Notes under the pieces: model-generated
Databases searched by the model: none
What the model was told of the DNA's origin: nothing
Seen by the model: only the letters and a program-made list of their open reading frames with translations
In this document: positions 34,929-45,200 of the stretch, piece after piece
Position numbering within the stretch: position 1 is the stretch's first letter
Layout: the number at the start of each line of letters is the position of its first letter
Position numbers and translations under genes: made by a program
Origin: Patescibacteria group bacterium
GTDB lineage: Bacteria; Patescibacteriota; Patescibacteriia; 2-01-FULL-39-33
Length of the DNA stretch: 64,000 nt
Direction of reading: 5' to 3'
NCBI GenBank assembly: GCA_041649575.1
Contig: JBAZMW010000003.1
Coordinates: forward strand, 58,102-122,101

Positions 34929-35606
34929 CTATTTCCACCCCACTTTGCTTCTTAAATCCTCCACCATCCGCCTGACCAGCTGCTGAAAAACAGCTTCAAT
35001 ATGCTTCTCGCCGTCGATCTCTATCAGCAGCCCTTTGTCTCGATAAAATTTTATAATACCATCCATCTCTCGATGATAAATTTCCAGCCGGTTCGTCACT
35101 ACCTCTTCTTTGTCGTCATCGCGCTGAAACAGCGGTTCGCCGCAATTATCACAAATTCCCTCTGTTTTTGGCGGTGAATATTTGATGTGCCAGGAATGGC
35201 CATTTTTGCACACCCGGCGACCAGACATTCTCTCGACTATTGTCTCATCGGAAACCTTAACCAAGAAAACATAATCCACATCCACATTCTTGTCTAAGAA
35301 ATCCGCCTGATCCAAAGTCCTCGGACAGCCATCCAGGACATAACCGAATTTACAGTCGTCTTTTTTTATTCTTTCGACAACCAAATGATCAACCACTTCT
35401 GTTGGCACCAACTGTCCCTTTTCGATATAAGCCTTGACCTCGGCGGACAAAGGGTGACTGGAATCATTTTTTATGGACGAAAGGATTTGGCCAGAAGAAA
35501 CATGAGGGATATCAAAAGTTTTGGCCAATAGACCGGCCTGGGTGCCTTTGCCGGAAACTGGCGGACCTAAGACAATGATCTCAAATGGTTTTTCGTTTTG
35601 AAACAT
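34929..35606 (-). CDS. adk: adenylate kinase (zinc-lid type)
   Basis: P-loop GPPVSGKGTQ, NMP-binding region, LID with CKNGHSWH ... CDNCGE. Confidence 0.9.
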   Translation of the reverse strand: MFQNEKPFEIIVLGPPVSGKGTQAGLLAKTFDIPHVSSGQILSSIKNDSSHPLSAEVKAYIEKGQLVPTEVVDHLVVERIKKDDCKFGYVLDGCPRTLDQADFLDKNVDVDYVFLVKVSDETIVERMSGRRVCKNGHSWHIKYSPPKTEGICDNCGEPLFQRDDDKEEVVTNRLEIYHREMDGIIKFYRDKGLLIEIDGEKHIEAVFQQLVRRMVEDLRSKVGWK

Positions 35607-35677
35607 ACGAATTGGCTTATAGTTTATAGCGTATGGCTTATGGACTATTATTTGCCATAGGCCATTGACTATTTAAG

Positions 35678-36952
35678 CTAGATTTCCTCGTAATCGCGCA
35701 TGGAGAGTTGCGCGTTGATTTGATTGACCGTCTCAATTACTACCGAAACCACGATTAACAAGGAGGTGCCGCCAACCACCAACGACTGGGTGCCGGTAAC
35801 TTGAGAAGTGGCCAAAGGCAAAACGGCGATGATGCCCAAAAATAGGGCGCCGGTAAAAACAATACGGCTTATGATTTTCTGGATATATTCGGCGGTGTTT
35901 CTGCCCGGACGAATGCCAGGTATGAAGCCGCCCTGCTTCTGCAGATTTTCGGAAATCTGATCAGGATGAAAAATAACCGCTGTATAAAAATAGGTGAAAG
36001 CCACCACCATTATAAAATACAGAGCGCCATAAAATAATTGGTTTTGAAAAATTCTCACCACCCAAAAAGCGGCGGCGGCCACCCAAGCGGTATGGACTTG
36101 AGTGAATAATTGAGCAATCATTGGCGGAAAGAGAATGATAGAGATGGCAAAAATAATTGGAATAACACCGGCCTGATTAACCCTTAAGGGCAAATGAGTG
36201 TTGGTGCCGCCGTACATTTTATTGCCGCGCACTTGGCGCGCATAAGAAATGGGTATGTTTCTTTGGCCTTCGGTAATAAAAACCACGCCCACAATCACCA
36301 CCAGGGCGATTACCGCAAAAACAATCATATTGATAATCTGCGACTGATCATAGGAATATAAAATACTACTGACTGCTTTGGGAATACCAGCAACAATACC
36401 GGCAAAAATCAAAAGCGAGATGCCATTACCAACATGCTTCTCGGAAATCAGCTCTCCTAGCCACATCAGAAAAACCGTGCCCCCGGTGACAGTAATAATT
36501 GTCAGGGCAAACTGCCAGGGAGTAAAGTTGGCGAGGACACCGCCGGCGCTGCGCTGCAAAATAGAAATCATACCAAAGGCCTGGAGCATAGCCAGGGGGA
36601 CGCTCAGCCAACGAGTCCATTGGTTTATTTTTTGCCGGCCGTACTCCCCTTCTTTGGAGAGTTCTTCCAGCTTAGGAACCACCATTACCAATAATTGAAA
36701 AATAATCGAGGCGGTAATATAAGGAGCCACGCCCAACATGACAACGGAAAAATTTTCCATACTGCCGCCGGAAAACACATTCATAAGACCGAGCAGCTGA
36801 TTGTTGGCAAATAAATTTTTTAGAGCCGTAGTATCGATTCCTGGTACCGGTATATGAGCCGCGACCCGAAAAATAACCAGCATCAGAAAGACAAACAAGA
36901 TACTCTTGCGTAAATCGGGAATTTTCCAGATTTGAGTCAGTTTATTGAACAT
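35678..36952 (-). CDS. secY: preprotein translocase SecY
   Basis: 10-TM SecY topology and conserved motifs; position between rplO and adk. Confidence 0.9.
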   Translation of the reverse strand: MFNKLTQIWKIPDLRKSILFVFLMLVIFRVAAHIPVPGIDTTALKNLFANNQLLGLMNVFSGGSMENFSVVMLGVAPYITASIIFQLLVMVVPKLEELSKEGEYGRQKINQWTRWLSVPLAMLQAFGMISILQRSAGGVLANFTPWQFALTIITVTGGTVFLMWLGELISEKHVGNGISLLIFAGIVAGIPKAVSSILYSYDQSQIINMIVFAVIALVVIVGVVFITEGQRNIPISYARQVRGNKMYGGTNTHLPLRVNQAGVIPIIFAISIILFPPMIAQLFTQVHTAWVAAAAFWVVRIFQNQLFYGALYFIMVVAFTYFYTAVIFHPDQISENLQKQGGFIPGIRPGRNTAEYIQKIISRIVFTGALFLGIIAVLPLATSQVTGTQSLVVGGTSLLIVVSVVIETVNQINAQLSMRDYEEI

Positions 36953-36955
36953 AAA

Positions 36956-37405
36956 CTATTTTAATTCCGCTTGGCCGCCGGCTTTGATAATGGCCTCTTT
37001 GGCGCTAGCAGAGAAGGCGCGAGCAACAACGGTTAATTTTTTGGTTAATTTGCCCTCACCCAAAACTTTTACGCCACTAACTTTTTTGGCTATCAAGCCA
37101 TTTTTTTTCATGGCCTTAATGTCTGCCACGGTTCCAGCGTCAAATTTTTCTAAATCCCTTAAATTAACCACGACCAATTTCGGTTTCAAGCTTCTAAAGC
37201 CACGAATTTTGGGAATGCGTTGCAGGGTTTGTTTAAAGCCAAGGGCTTTTAGACCGCCTTTGCCGCCACTTCTGGCTCTCTGGCCTTTCATGCCACGGCC
37301 GGAATAGGTGCCGCGCTTTCCGCCGCGACCAACGCGTTTGGCTTTCTTGGCCGCTCCTTTGGCCGGCTTTAAATTGGATAAAGTCAAAGACATAATTTTA
37401 GTCAA
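36956..37405 (-). CDS. rplO: 50S ribosomal protein L15
   Basis: Gly/Arg-rich L15 N-terminus (RVGRGGKRGTYSGRGMKGQ). Confidence 0.9.
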   Translation of the reverse strand: MTKIMSLTLSNLKPAKGAAKKAKRVGRGGKRGTYSGRGMKGQRARSGGKGGLKALGFKQTLQRIPKIRGFRSLKPKLVVVNLRDLEKFDAGTVADIKAMKKNGLIAKKVSGVKVLGEGKLTKKLTVVARAFSASAKEAIIKAGGQAELK

Positions 37406-37892
37406 TTTTTTCTTTTTTGGGTCGTTTCTTTAAGAGGCCCAGGGCTTTGATGGTCGCCCGAACATTATTAACTTTATTATTGGTGCCTAAAATTTTAGAA
37501 ACAGCGTTTTCTACGCCCGCCAACTCCAAAACAGTGCGCACCGCGCCACCGGAGATAATTCCTGTTCCCGCGGGAGCTGGTTTCAGCAGAATTCTAGCCG
37601 AACCATCTTTAAGAAAAATTTCATGAGGGATAGTGCCATAAACCAAATTTATTCTAATGGCGTTCTTCTCGGCTTTTTTGGCCGCCTTCTGAACAGCCAG
37701 CGGTACGTCGTGGCCCTTGGCCAGGCCAAAACCAATCTTTCCCTTTTTGTCACCCACAACCACACAGGCCCGGAAACGCATTCTTTTACCGCCAGCCATA
37801 ACTCTGGTGACACGAGCGATGTCAACGATCCGCTGATCCATTTCTGACTGTTCTTTTCTGGTTTTGGGAAATCTGTTATTTTTATCTGTCAT
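37398..37892 (-). CDS. rpsE: 30S ribosomal protein S5
   Basis: S5 dsRBD and C-terminal domain motifs; followed directly by rplO with no L30 gene. Confidence 0.9.
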   Translation of the reverse strand: MTDKNNRFPKTRKEQSEMDQRIVDIARVTRVMAGGKRMRFRACVVVGDKKGKIGFGLAKGHDVPLAVQKAAKKAEKNAIRINLVYGTIPHEIFLKDGSARILLKPAPAGTGIISGGAVRTVLELAGVENAVSKILGTNNKVNNVRATIKALGLLKKRPKKEKID

Positions 37893-37900
37893 AAAAAATA

Positions 37901-38254
37901 TTAAATTTTTAAACCGGCTTCTCTGGCGCCATCGGCCAAAGCCTTGACCCGGCCATGATATTTAAAAGCACCTTTATCAAAAACTACCACGGTAATTTTT
38001 TGCCCAGCCGCTTTTTGCGCTACTAACTTTCCTAGTTCATAAGCTTGAGCGGTTTTGGTTTTTCCGCCTTTTACTTCCTTGTCGCTGGCACTAACTAAAG
38101 TCCGCCCCTTGGTGTCATCGACTAACTGAACATACAAATGTTCTAAACTACGATAAACGGAAAGCCGCGGCCGCTCACTGGTGCCTTTGATTTTGGCTCT
38201 AATCCTGGCTTTCCTTCTTATCTTAGTTTGGTTTTTTTGTTTAGTTTTTTTCAT
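37901..38254 (-). CDS. rplR: 50S ribosomal protein L18
   Basis: L18 signature, operon context. Confidence 0.85.
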   Translation of the reverse strand: MKKTKQKNQTKIRRKARIRAKIKGTSERPRLSVYRSLEHLYVQLVDDTKGRTLVSASDKEVKGGKTKTAQAYELGKLVAQKAAGQKITVVVFDKGAFKYHGRVKALADGAREAGLKI

Positions 38255-38266
38255 AAATAATCACCA

Positions 38267-38824
38267 TTATTTGCCAGCGGTTTTGCCGGCTTTGCGCCGC
38301 ACCAATTCGCCGACATATCTGATACCACTACCTTTATAAGGCTCTGGTTTTTTTATTCTTCTGATCTGAGCGGCCACTTCGCCAACCAACTGTTTGTCGA
38401 TACTAGAAACTGTAATAACATTGCCTTCGATTTTGGCCTCGACACCATTAGGGATATTATATTCTACTGGATGAGAAAAGCCAACATTTAGAATTATCTT
38501 TCTGCCACTAAGAGCGGCCTTATAGCCAATGCCGTTAATTTCCAGGCCCTTAGAAAAGCCGACCGTCACACCAAGAATCATATTTTTAATTAAACTGCCG
38601 AACAATCCCCACAAAGCGCGCTGGTTTTTGTCGTTTTCATTTTTAACTTTTAAGCTAATGCCCTCGGCGCCAATCTCAAGACTAACCAAGCGATGCAGTT
38701 CTTGTTTTAATTCGCCCTTAGGGCCTTTCACAGTCAGAACGCCGCTGTCGTTTTTAACCTCAACGCCAACCGGAATTTTTATTAATTGTTTACCAATTCT
38801 GCTCATATTTTTAATAAATTTCAC
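38267..38824 (-). CDS. rplF: 50S ribosomal protein L6
   Basis: duplicated L6 domains, operon context. Confidence 0.85.
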   Translation of the reverse strand: MKFIKNMSRIGKQLIKIPVGVEVKNDSGVLTVKGPKGELKQELHRLVSLEIGAEGISLKVKNENDKNQRALWGLFGSLIKNMILGVTVGFSKGLEINGIGYKAALSGRKIILNVGFSHPVEYNIPNGVEAKIEGNVITVSSIDKQLVGEVAAQIRRIKKPEPYKGSGIRYVGELVRRKAGKTAGK

Positions 38825-39209
38825 AAATTATCTCGCCGCCCAAGCCAGCTTTTTTGGCTTCATCGCCAGTCATCAATCCTCGAGAGGTGGAAATAATTGA
38901 TATTCCTAAACCATTTAAGACTCTGGGCAACTTATCTTTAGCGGCATAAACCCGCTTGCCAGGCTTGGAAATCTTTTTCAGACTGGTAATGGCCGGCTTG
39001 GAATCCTCGTACTTCAAGCTCACCATGAGACCGCCGAATTTGCTGTCAGCCCCCGGCTTGATCTCTTCGAAGCTTTCAATCAGTCCTCGTTTCTTAAAAA
39101 TTTTTATCATTTCCAGCTTGATTTTGGAAAAAGGAATATAGACCTCCGTCTTTTTAACTTTGGAGGCATTCCTGATTCTAGTTAACATGTCAGCTATAGG
39201 ATCGGTCAT
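38811..39209 (-). CDS. rpsH: 30S ribosomal protein S8
   Basis: S8 motifs (MTDPIADMLTRIRNA), operon context. Confidence 0.9.
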   Translation of the reverse strand: MTDPIADMLTRIRNASKVKKTEVYIPFSKIKLEMIKIFKKRGLIESFEEIKPGADSKFGGLMVSLKYEDSKPAITSLKKISKPGKRVYAAKDKLPRVLNGLGISIISTSRGLMTGDEAKKAGLGGEIICEIY

Positions 39210-39232
39210 ATAAAATTAAAATTAAATTTATT

Positions 39233-39418
39233 TTACCAGGAAGACTTACTTACCCCGGGAATCTGGCCATTATTGGCTAATTCGCGAAAACAAATACGGC
39301 AGAGTTTAAACTTCCTCATATAACCGTGTCTACGGCCGCAACGCCAGCAACGGTTAACAATACGGGTGGAAAATTTCCTTTTTTTATTCGATTTTGCTCT
39401 TTGCGCTTGTGTCGCCAT
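39233..39418 (-). CDS. rpsN: 30S ribosomal protein S14 type Z (zinc-binding)
   Basis: 61 aa with CRRC ... CRIC zinc motif. Confidence 0.85.
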   Translation of the reverse strand: MATQAQRAKSNKKRKFSTRIVNRCWRCGRRHGYMRKFKLCRICFRELANNGQIPGVSKSSW

Positions 39419-39429
39419 ATAAAAAATTA

Positions 39430-39978
39430 TTAACTTTTCTTCTGGAAGGGAAACCCTAATAACCTAAACAATTCCACGCCCTCGGCCTGAGTCTGGGCGG
39501 TAGTAGTGACGGCGATTTCCAATCCGTGTATTTTTTCGACCTCATCAGACTTAATTTCCGGAAAAACATTATGCTCTTTAAAGCCCAAATTTAAATTGCC
39601 ACGCTGATCGACATTCTTAAGCGGCAAGCCGCGAAAATCACGAATTCTGGGAATGGCGATATTGATCAGCTTATCCAAAAAATCGTACATTCTATTGCCT
39701 CTTAAGGTAACTTTTACTCCCACCACCATGTTTTCTCTTATTTTAAAGGCGGAGATGGCTTGGCGGGCCTTGGTACGGACTGGTTTTTGGCCTGTAATTC
39801 GTATGATGTTTTTCTCGACATTTTCCAAATAACCACTGTCGGTGTTTCGAGAATTAATGCCCACATTAATAGTGACCTTTTCGATTCTGGGTACGGCCAG
39901 TTTATTTTTAAAACCAAACTTTTCCTGCATGGCCGGAATTACTTCGGTTTGATATTTTTTGGCTAATCTGGTTTTCAT
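39430..39978 (-). CDS. rplE: 50S ribosomal protein L5
   Basis: L5 motifs, operon context. Confidence 0.9.
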   Translation of the reverse strand: MKTRLAKKYQTEVIPAMQEKFGFKNKLAVPRIEKVTINVGINSRNTDSGYLENVEKNIIRITGQKPVRTKARQAISAFKIRENMVVGVKVTLRGNRMYDFLDKLINIAIPRIRDFRGLPLKNVDQRGNLNLGFKEHNVFPEIKSDEVEKIHGLEIAVTTTAQTQAEGVELFRLLGFPFQKKS

Positions 39979-39982
39979 ATTT

Positions 39983-40321
39983 TTAGATAACTTCTTTGCA
40001 CTTTTGACAAACTCTGCTTTTTATAATTTTTTGATTGTTGTTGTCCGGCGCCGCTTCCACTTTTGTTAATTTGAAACCAACACGAGTCGGACGGCCGCAT
40101 TTGGTACAAATCAAGGCGACATTGGAAACATCCAAAGGAGCGGGAAACTGAATTCTTTGGCCTTTTTCGCCTTGTCTTTTGGCTCGTTGATGCTTAATCA
40201 TCAGATTTAGGCCTTCGATCACTATCTTTTTTTCTTCAACTAAAACCTGCAAGACCTTGCCAGTTTTGCCCTTATCCTTGCCAGTTAGAATTTTAACTTT
40301 ATCGCCAGCTTTTATTTTCAT
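39983..40321 (-). CDS. rplX: 50S ribosomal protein L24 (with zinc-ribbon insert)
   Basis: KOW motif KIKAGDKVKILTGKDKGKTGKV; extra CTKCGRP ... CQKCKEVI. Confidence 0.85.
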   Translation of the reverse strand: MKIKAGDKVKILTGKDKGKTGKVLQVLVEEKKIVIEGLNLMIKHQRAKRQGEKGQRIQFPAPLDVSNVALICTKCGRPTRVGFKLTKVEAAPDNNNQKIIKSRVCQKCKEVI

Positions 40322-40332
40322 ATAATTATTAT

Positions 40333-40704
40333 TTATAAAACCTCCGGGGCCAAAGAAATAATTTTTTGGTAGCCCAAGTTTCTCAATTCTCTGGCTACTG
40401 GTCCAAAAATCCGAGTGCCTTTCATATCTTTGTTTTTGGTATCAATAATTACAGCGGCATTATCATCAAAACGGATATAAGAACCATCGGATCGTCTAAC
40501 TTCTTTTTTGGTCCGCACCAACACCGCGTGAACCACATCGCCCTTTTTGACCATACTGTGAGGCGTAGCTTCCTTGATAGAGGCAGTGACCACTTCGCCT
40601 AAACGGGCATAACGTTTTCTATAACCGCCTAAAACCTTGATCACCATTAACTTTTTTGCGCCCGTATTATCAGCCGATTTTAAAATTGATCTAGTTTGAA
40701 CCAT
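40333..40704 (-). CDS. rplN: 50S ribosomal protein L14
   Basis: L14 signature ([18 protein letters not shown]). Confidence 0.9.
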   Translation of the reverse strand: MVQTRSILKSADNTGAKKLMVIKVLGGYRKRYARLGEVVTASIKEATPHSMVKKGDVVHAVLVRTKKEVRRSDGSYIRFDDNAAVIIDTKNKDMKGTRIFGPVARELRNLGYQKIISLAPEVL

Positions 40705-40705
40705 A

Positions 40706-40960
40706 TTATTTGTAAATTACCCTAAACTTTTTATCTTTGCTTAGGGGGCGGCACTGAACAAACTCGACAGTATTACCAACCTGATACTGGCCTTTCGGGT
40801 CATGCACTTTGTACTTTTTACTGACTCGATATCTCTTTTGATAGCGGGGATGCAACTTGAAACGATCAACTCTCACCACGATAGTTTTGGCCATCTTGGC
40901 AGAAACCACTTCTCCGGAAAATTTTCTCTTCATTGACTTTTTTTCAGATTCTAAAGACAT
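40706..40960 (-). CDS. rpsQ: 30S ribosomal protein S17
   Basis: S17 OB-fold signature, operon context. Confidence 0.85.
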   Translation of the reverse strand: MSLESEKKSMKRKFSGEVVSAKMAKTIVVRVDRFKLHPRYQKRYRVSKKYKVHDPKGQYQVGNTVEFVQCRPLSKDKKFRVIYK

Positions 40961-40973
40961 ATAATTAACTTTA

Positions 40974-41159
40974 TTACTTTTTTTCTCTTAAAACCGTGAG
41001 AACCTTGGCGATATTGCGCCTGGTCGCCCTAATCTCTCGGATATTTTTTATTTGCTTCTGTTTAACCTTGAAATTTAAATCGTCAAACTTATGACGCAAC
41101 TCTTTAAGCAGCTGGTCAAGCTCACTAACCGATTTAGTTCTAATTTCTTTTATTTTCAT
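40974..41159 (-). CDS. rpmC: 50S ribosomal protein L29
   Basis: 61 aa, L29 helical pattern, operon context. Confidence 0.8.
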   Translation of the reverse strand: MKIKEIRTKSVSELDQLLKELRHKFDDLNFKVKQKQIKNIREIRATRRNIAKVLTVLREKK

Positions 41160-41161
41160 GG

Positions 41162-41569
41162 CTAATTTTTGACGATAAATTTAGTTTTAATAGGAAATTT
41201 GTAGGCTGCCAACTCCAAGGCCTCTTTGGCCTTAGCTTCAGGGAGACCGTCCATCTCCAATATCACTGTTCCAGGCCTAACTACGGCCACATAATATTCC
41301 GGCACCCCCTTGCCGCCACCCATGGTTGCCTGGGTGCCTTTGGCAGAAATCGAGCGATGTGGGAAAATTCTGATCCATAATTTACCGCCTTTTTTGACCG
41401 AACGGGAAATCACCCTTCTGGCCGCTTCTATTTGCGTGGCTTTGATCCAGCCACCCGTAACCGCCTTCAGGCCATAATCGCCAAAAGCCAGTTCCTTATT
41501 ACCACTAGCCAAACCGCGAACATCGGGTCGGTGATATTTTCTTCTTTTTAACTTTTTGGGGGCTAACAT
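41162..41569 (-). CDS. rplP: 50S ribosomal protein L16
   Basis: L16 motifs, operon context. Confidence 0.9.
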   Translation of the reverse strand: MLAPKKLKRRKYHRPDVRGLASGNKELAFGDYGLKAVTGGWIKATQIEAARRVISRSVKKGGKLWIRIFPHRSISAKGTQATMGGGKGVPEYYVAVVRPGTVILEMDGLPEAKAKEALELAAYKFPIKTKFIVKN

Positions 41570-41579
41570 ATATTAAAAT

Positions 41580-42281
41580 TTATTTTTTTGTTTTAGCGAC
41601 TTTGTTTTTATTGTCTAAAGCTTCCTGGTCGAAAATTTCACCTTTATAAATCCAAACTTTGACACCAATCTTACCATAAATGGTCTGGGCGGCGCCGCGA
41701 CAATAATCGATATCGGCACGCAAAGTGTGCAAAGGAATTTTTCCAGAAAAAAGAGTTTCTCTACGGGCGATTTCCGCACCGTTCAAGCGACCCGAAACTA
41801 TAATCTTAATGCCTTTGGCACCAGCCTTTTCCACTCGGCCGATAGCCTGCTTTACGGCTCGACGAAAAGGAATTCTTTTTTCCAAATCAGCAATAACTTG
41901 TTGCATAACCACTGAAGAATCCAAGGCCGGACGTTCTATTTCTAAAATATTGATATTAATGGTTTTGATTCCTCTTTTCCGGCTAAAACTATCTTTCAAA
42001 AATTTATTATGAATTTCTTTTTTTAACTCTTCTGCTCCTTGACCGCCACGACCGATAACCAAGCCCGGCTTGGCACAATAAATATTGATACCAAGACCAT
42101 TAGCTGAACGCTCCATATCAACCCTGGAAACACCGGCTGTTTTAAGCTTGTTTATAATAAATTTTCTAACCAAAATATCCTGCCGTAAAAATTCGGAAAA
42201 ATTTTTATCAGCAAACCATCTGGAATCCCAGGTTTTATTGATTTTAAGACGGAAAGCTTTTGGATGAACTTTTTGACCCAT
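41580..42281 (-). CDS. rpsC: 30S ribosomal protein S3
   Basis: KH domain plus S3 C-terminal domain. Confidence 0.9.
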   Translation of the reverse strand: MGQKVHPKAFRLKINKTWDSRWFADKNFSEFLRQDILVRKFIINKLKTAGVSRVDMERSANGLGINIYCAKPGLVIGRGGQGAEELKKEIHNKFLKDSFSRKRGIKTININILEIERPALDSSVVMQQVIADLEKRIPFRRAVKQAIGRVEKAGAKGIKIIVSGRLNGAEIARRETLFSGKIPLHTLRADIDYCRGAAQTIYGKIGVKVWIYKGEIFDQEALDNKNKVAKTKK

Positions 42282-42287
42282 AATATT

Positions 42288-42824
42288 TTATTTTTGGCCC
42301 GATCTTCTATTAAGTATTCTTTTGACAAATCCTTTTGAGGATTTGGAAGAAGTGCTTTTGTCGGCTAAACCGGCCGATTTTTCTTCTTTGGCTTTATCGG
42401 ACTTTTTTAATTCTTCCCAATCGTCAACTTTTATTATATCATCATTTTTACTTTCTTTTTTCTTTATTTCTTCTTTTTTAACCTCGGTGGGTACCCGTTC
42501 TGACAAGGTTAGAATAATATGCGAAGAACCCTTTCTTATCGGCGTAGCGCGGCCAAAGGCCCTGGGAGCCCAACGCTTTAAGACTGGGCCTTCATCAACC
42601 TTAATCTCTTTAATAAACAAATTATTTCTTTTTAATTTATTATTTTCTTCGGCATTACTGATGGCCGACTTGAGCAATTTAGCAATCGGCTCGGCTGCCG
42701 CTTTGGTGCTAAACTTTAATTGTACCAGAGCCGCTTCCACGTCCAAACCCCTAATCAGATTGGCAACCAGCCTGATCTTTTTGGGTGACCTGCGAATAAA
42801 TCTTGCCTTGGCTCGTGTTTCCAT
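42288..42824 (-). CDS. rplV: 50S ribosomal protein L22 (with long basic/acidic C-terminal extension)
   Basis: L22 core (METRAKARFIRRSPKKIRLVANLIRGLDVEAA) plus about 60-aa Lys/Glu-rich tail. Confidence 0.85.
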   Translation of the reverse strand: METRAKARFIRRSPKKIRLVANLIRGLDVEAALVQLKFSTKAAAEPIAKLLKSAISNAEENNKLKRNNLFIKEIKVDEGPVLKRWAPRAFGRATPIRKGSSHIILTLSERVPTEVKKEEIKKKESKNDDIIKVDDWEELKKSDKAKEEKSAGLADKSTSSKSSKGFVKRILNRRSGQK

Positions 42825-42833
42825 AAATTATAA

Positions 42834-43133
42834 TTATTTAGCAGCTTCTTTTTTATCTTGATCAATCGCCTTTTGAATCTTACCGCCATGTTTGATAAAT
42901 TTCCTGGTTGGTGAAAATTCGCCGAGCTTATGTCCAACCATATTTTCCAGAACAAAAACGTTAAGATGCTCTCTGCCGTTATGAACACCAAAAGTAAAGC
43001 CTACCATTTCAGGAGTAATAGTACAGTCGCGCGCCCAGGTTTTTATCACTGTTTTATCCCCTTTTTTGAGCTGGCTCAATTTTTTCAGAATCTTCTGATC
43101 GATATAGGGACCCTTTTTAAGACTTCGGGACAT
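42834..43133 (-). CDS. rpsS: 30S ribosomal protein S19
   Basis: [12 protein letters not shown] signature; start set at the internal ATG (the track ORF is extended upstream). Confidence 0.85.
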   Translation of the reverse strand: MSRSLKKGPYIDQKILKKLSQLKKGDKTVIKTWARDCTITPEMVGFTFGVHNGREHLNVFVLENMVGHKLGEFSPTRKFIKHGGKIQKAIDQDKKEAAK

Positions 43134-43137
43134 AAAT

Positions 43138-43989
43138 TTAATTACTTTTACGATTTTTATTTTTTCTGCGAACCAGAATAAAGCGATCTGATTTTTTGCC
43201 ATCTTTTCTGGTCTTAACACCTAAAGCGGGTTTGCCCCACGGAGTTTTAGGATGAGTTAAGCCGATAGGATTATGACCTTCGCCACCGCCGTGCGGATGA
43301 TCAACCGGATTCATGGCTTTGCCGCGAACTGTTGGCTTAATGCCACGATGTCTCATGCGACCAGCCTTGCCCCAACGGATATTTTTGAAATCCTGATTGC
43401 TGACCGATCCGATAGTAGCCAATGACTTACCCGAAACTAAGCGAACTTCTCCAGAAGGCAGCTTCAGCTGGGCATAACCGTTGTCGATACCCATCAAATA
43501 AACGCTATTGCCGGCGCTTCTGGCCAGCTGACCGCCCTTGCCCGGTACCAGCTCTACATTATAAACAAACATACCCGGAGGAATCAACTCTAACGGCATT
43601 GAATTACCCGGCTGGAAATCAACGATTTTTTGAGAGCTGACAACCAAATCGCCTATTTTTAATTCTTGTGGCGCTACGATGTAAGACTTTTGACCGTCTC
43701 GATAATACAACAAAGCAATACGACAGTTTCTATTAGGATCATATTCAATGGCCGCCACTTGGGCCGGGATATCAAATTTATCTCTTTTATAATCAATGAT
43801 TCTGATTTTTTTCTTGGCCCCACCGCCCTGATGACGAACAGTGATCTTGCCCTGATGGTTACGACCAGCTCGATTTTTACCGGAAACAATTAGTCGCTTC
43901 TCTGGCTTTTTTTTGACAAGGTCATGACTGGTCAGAACCGAAGTTTGACGTCTGGCGGGGGTGGTTGGTTTATAAATTCTTATTGCCAT
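43138..43989 (-). CDS. rplB: 50S ribosomal protein L2
   Basis: L2 motifs ([22 protein letters not shown]). Confidence 0.9.
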   Translation of the reverse strand: MAIRIYKPTTPARRQTSVLTSHDLVKKKPEKRLIVSGKNRAGRNHQGKITVRHQGGGAKKKIRIIDYKRDKFDIPAQVAAIEYDPNRNCRIALLYYRDGQKSYIVAPQELKIGDLVVSSQKIVDFQPGNSMPLELIPPGMFVYNVELVPGKGGQLARSAGNSVYLMGIDNGYAQLKLPSGEVRLVSGKSLATIGSVSNQDFKNIRWGKAGRMRHRGIKPTVRGKAMNPVDHPHGGGEGHNPIGLTHPKTPWGKPALGVKTRKDGKKSDRFILVRRKNKNRKSN

Positions 43990-43997
43990 AAAATTAT

Positions 43998-44516
43998 TTA
44001 GACTCCTTCCTGAATTTCTATTGATTTACCGGCTGGAAAAGTAATAATTGCTTTCTTCCAATTCTTGGTCTGCCCTGAAGTTCTGCCATAACGGACCTTT
44101 TTGCCTTTGTTATTTAAGATATTAATACTTAAGGGTTTAACGCCATAGCGCGACTCGATTGCCTGAGCTACCTGAATCTTATTGGCCGAAACTTCTACTT
44201 TAAAAACATACTGATTGGAACCGGTTAAATAATTGGCTTTCTCGGTGATTAGGGGTTTGACTAAAACGCCGTGCAAGTCTTTGTTTGCCCAAGTCTTTGC
44301 TTCTTTGGGTTTATCTTCCTTTTTTGTCAAGACTAATTCTTTCTTTTGATCTTTTTCTTTTTTGTCCTTAGGCGCCAATGGCTTTTCTAAACGCACAACT
44401 CGATCAGCCTCACTGCCTTTAACGGCTTTGGCGACTGTTGCTTCTTTTTCGTCTTTCTGAGTCTTTAATTTTTTTAATTTATTGAAAATTCCCATATGAA
44501 CATTATTTAATTGCAT
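43998..44516 (-). CDS. rplW: 50S ribosomal protein L23 (with about 75-aa Lys-rich N-terminal extension)
   Basis: L23 core at the C-terminus ([13 protein letters not shown] ... [17 protein letters not shown]). Confidence 0.8.
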   Translation of the reverse strand: MQLNNVHMGIFNKLKKLKTQKDEKEATVAKAVKGSEADRVVRLEKPLAPKDKKEKDQKKELVLTKKEDKPKEAKTWANKDLHGVLVKPLITEKANYLTGSNQYVFKVEVSANKIQVAQAIESRYGVKPLSINILNNKGKKVRYGRTSGQTKNWKKAIITFPAGKSIEIQEGV

Positions 44517-45183
44517 CGGCTGATTTCAAAGCCACCTGGCGATAATGCTTGTCTATCCTGCTAACAGCTTCTTCTGAAAGCAATAAGGTATCGTATTTTA
44601 AAACATCGACACAATTTAAACTATCGGCTAAAATCGTGTTGACATTCTTCAGATTTAGAGCGGCTTTAATGCTTTTTTGATCGTTATTGTTTAAAATCAA
44701 GAGAAATTTTTTGCTGTCTTTTAATTCACTAATTTTATTTTTTAACTGTTTGAGCTGGTTGGCCAAATCTTTGGTCTTGCCCGATTCTACAGCCAATTTA
44801 TCAAAGACTAAAAAGCTACCGCTACCAATTTTATCCGAAAGACACATAGCCAAGGCCAACTGCTTCTGTTTCTTATTGATTTTCTGGGAAAAATTTCGAT
44901 CTTTCCGAGGGCCAAAGGTTATGCCGCCACCCTTCCATAAGGGCGAACGAATGGAGCCGTGACGAGCCCGTCCCGTCCCCTTTTGGCGCCAAGGTTTTTT
45001 GCCACCACCCTTAACTTCGCCTCGAGTCTTAGTGTGAGCCAAAACCTGACGAGCATTGGCTAACTGCGCCACTACAACCTGATGCACCACTTCCGGCTTA
45101 ACTTTGACGCCAAAAATCCTGGAGCTTAATTCTAGCTCTTTGATTTTTTCACCGCTTGAGTTGTAAACCGGAACCTTTATCAT
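44503..45183 (-). CDS. rplD: 50S ribosomal protein L4
   Basis: L4 motifs, operon context. Confidence 0.9.
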   Translation of the reverse strand: MIKVPVYNSSGEKIKELELSSRIFGVKVKPEVVHQVVVAQLANARQVLAHTKTRGEVKGGGKKPWRQKGTGRARHGSIRSPLWKGGGITFGPRKDRNFSQKINKKQKQLALAMCLSDKIGSGSFLVFDKLAVESGKTKDLANQLKQLKNKISELKDSKKFLLILNNNDQKSIKAALNLKNVNTILADSLNCVDVLKYDTLLLSEEAVSRIDKHYRQVALKSADAIK

Positions 45184-45200
45184 AATTATTAAAACAAATT

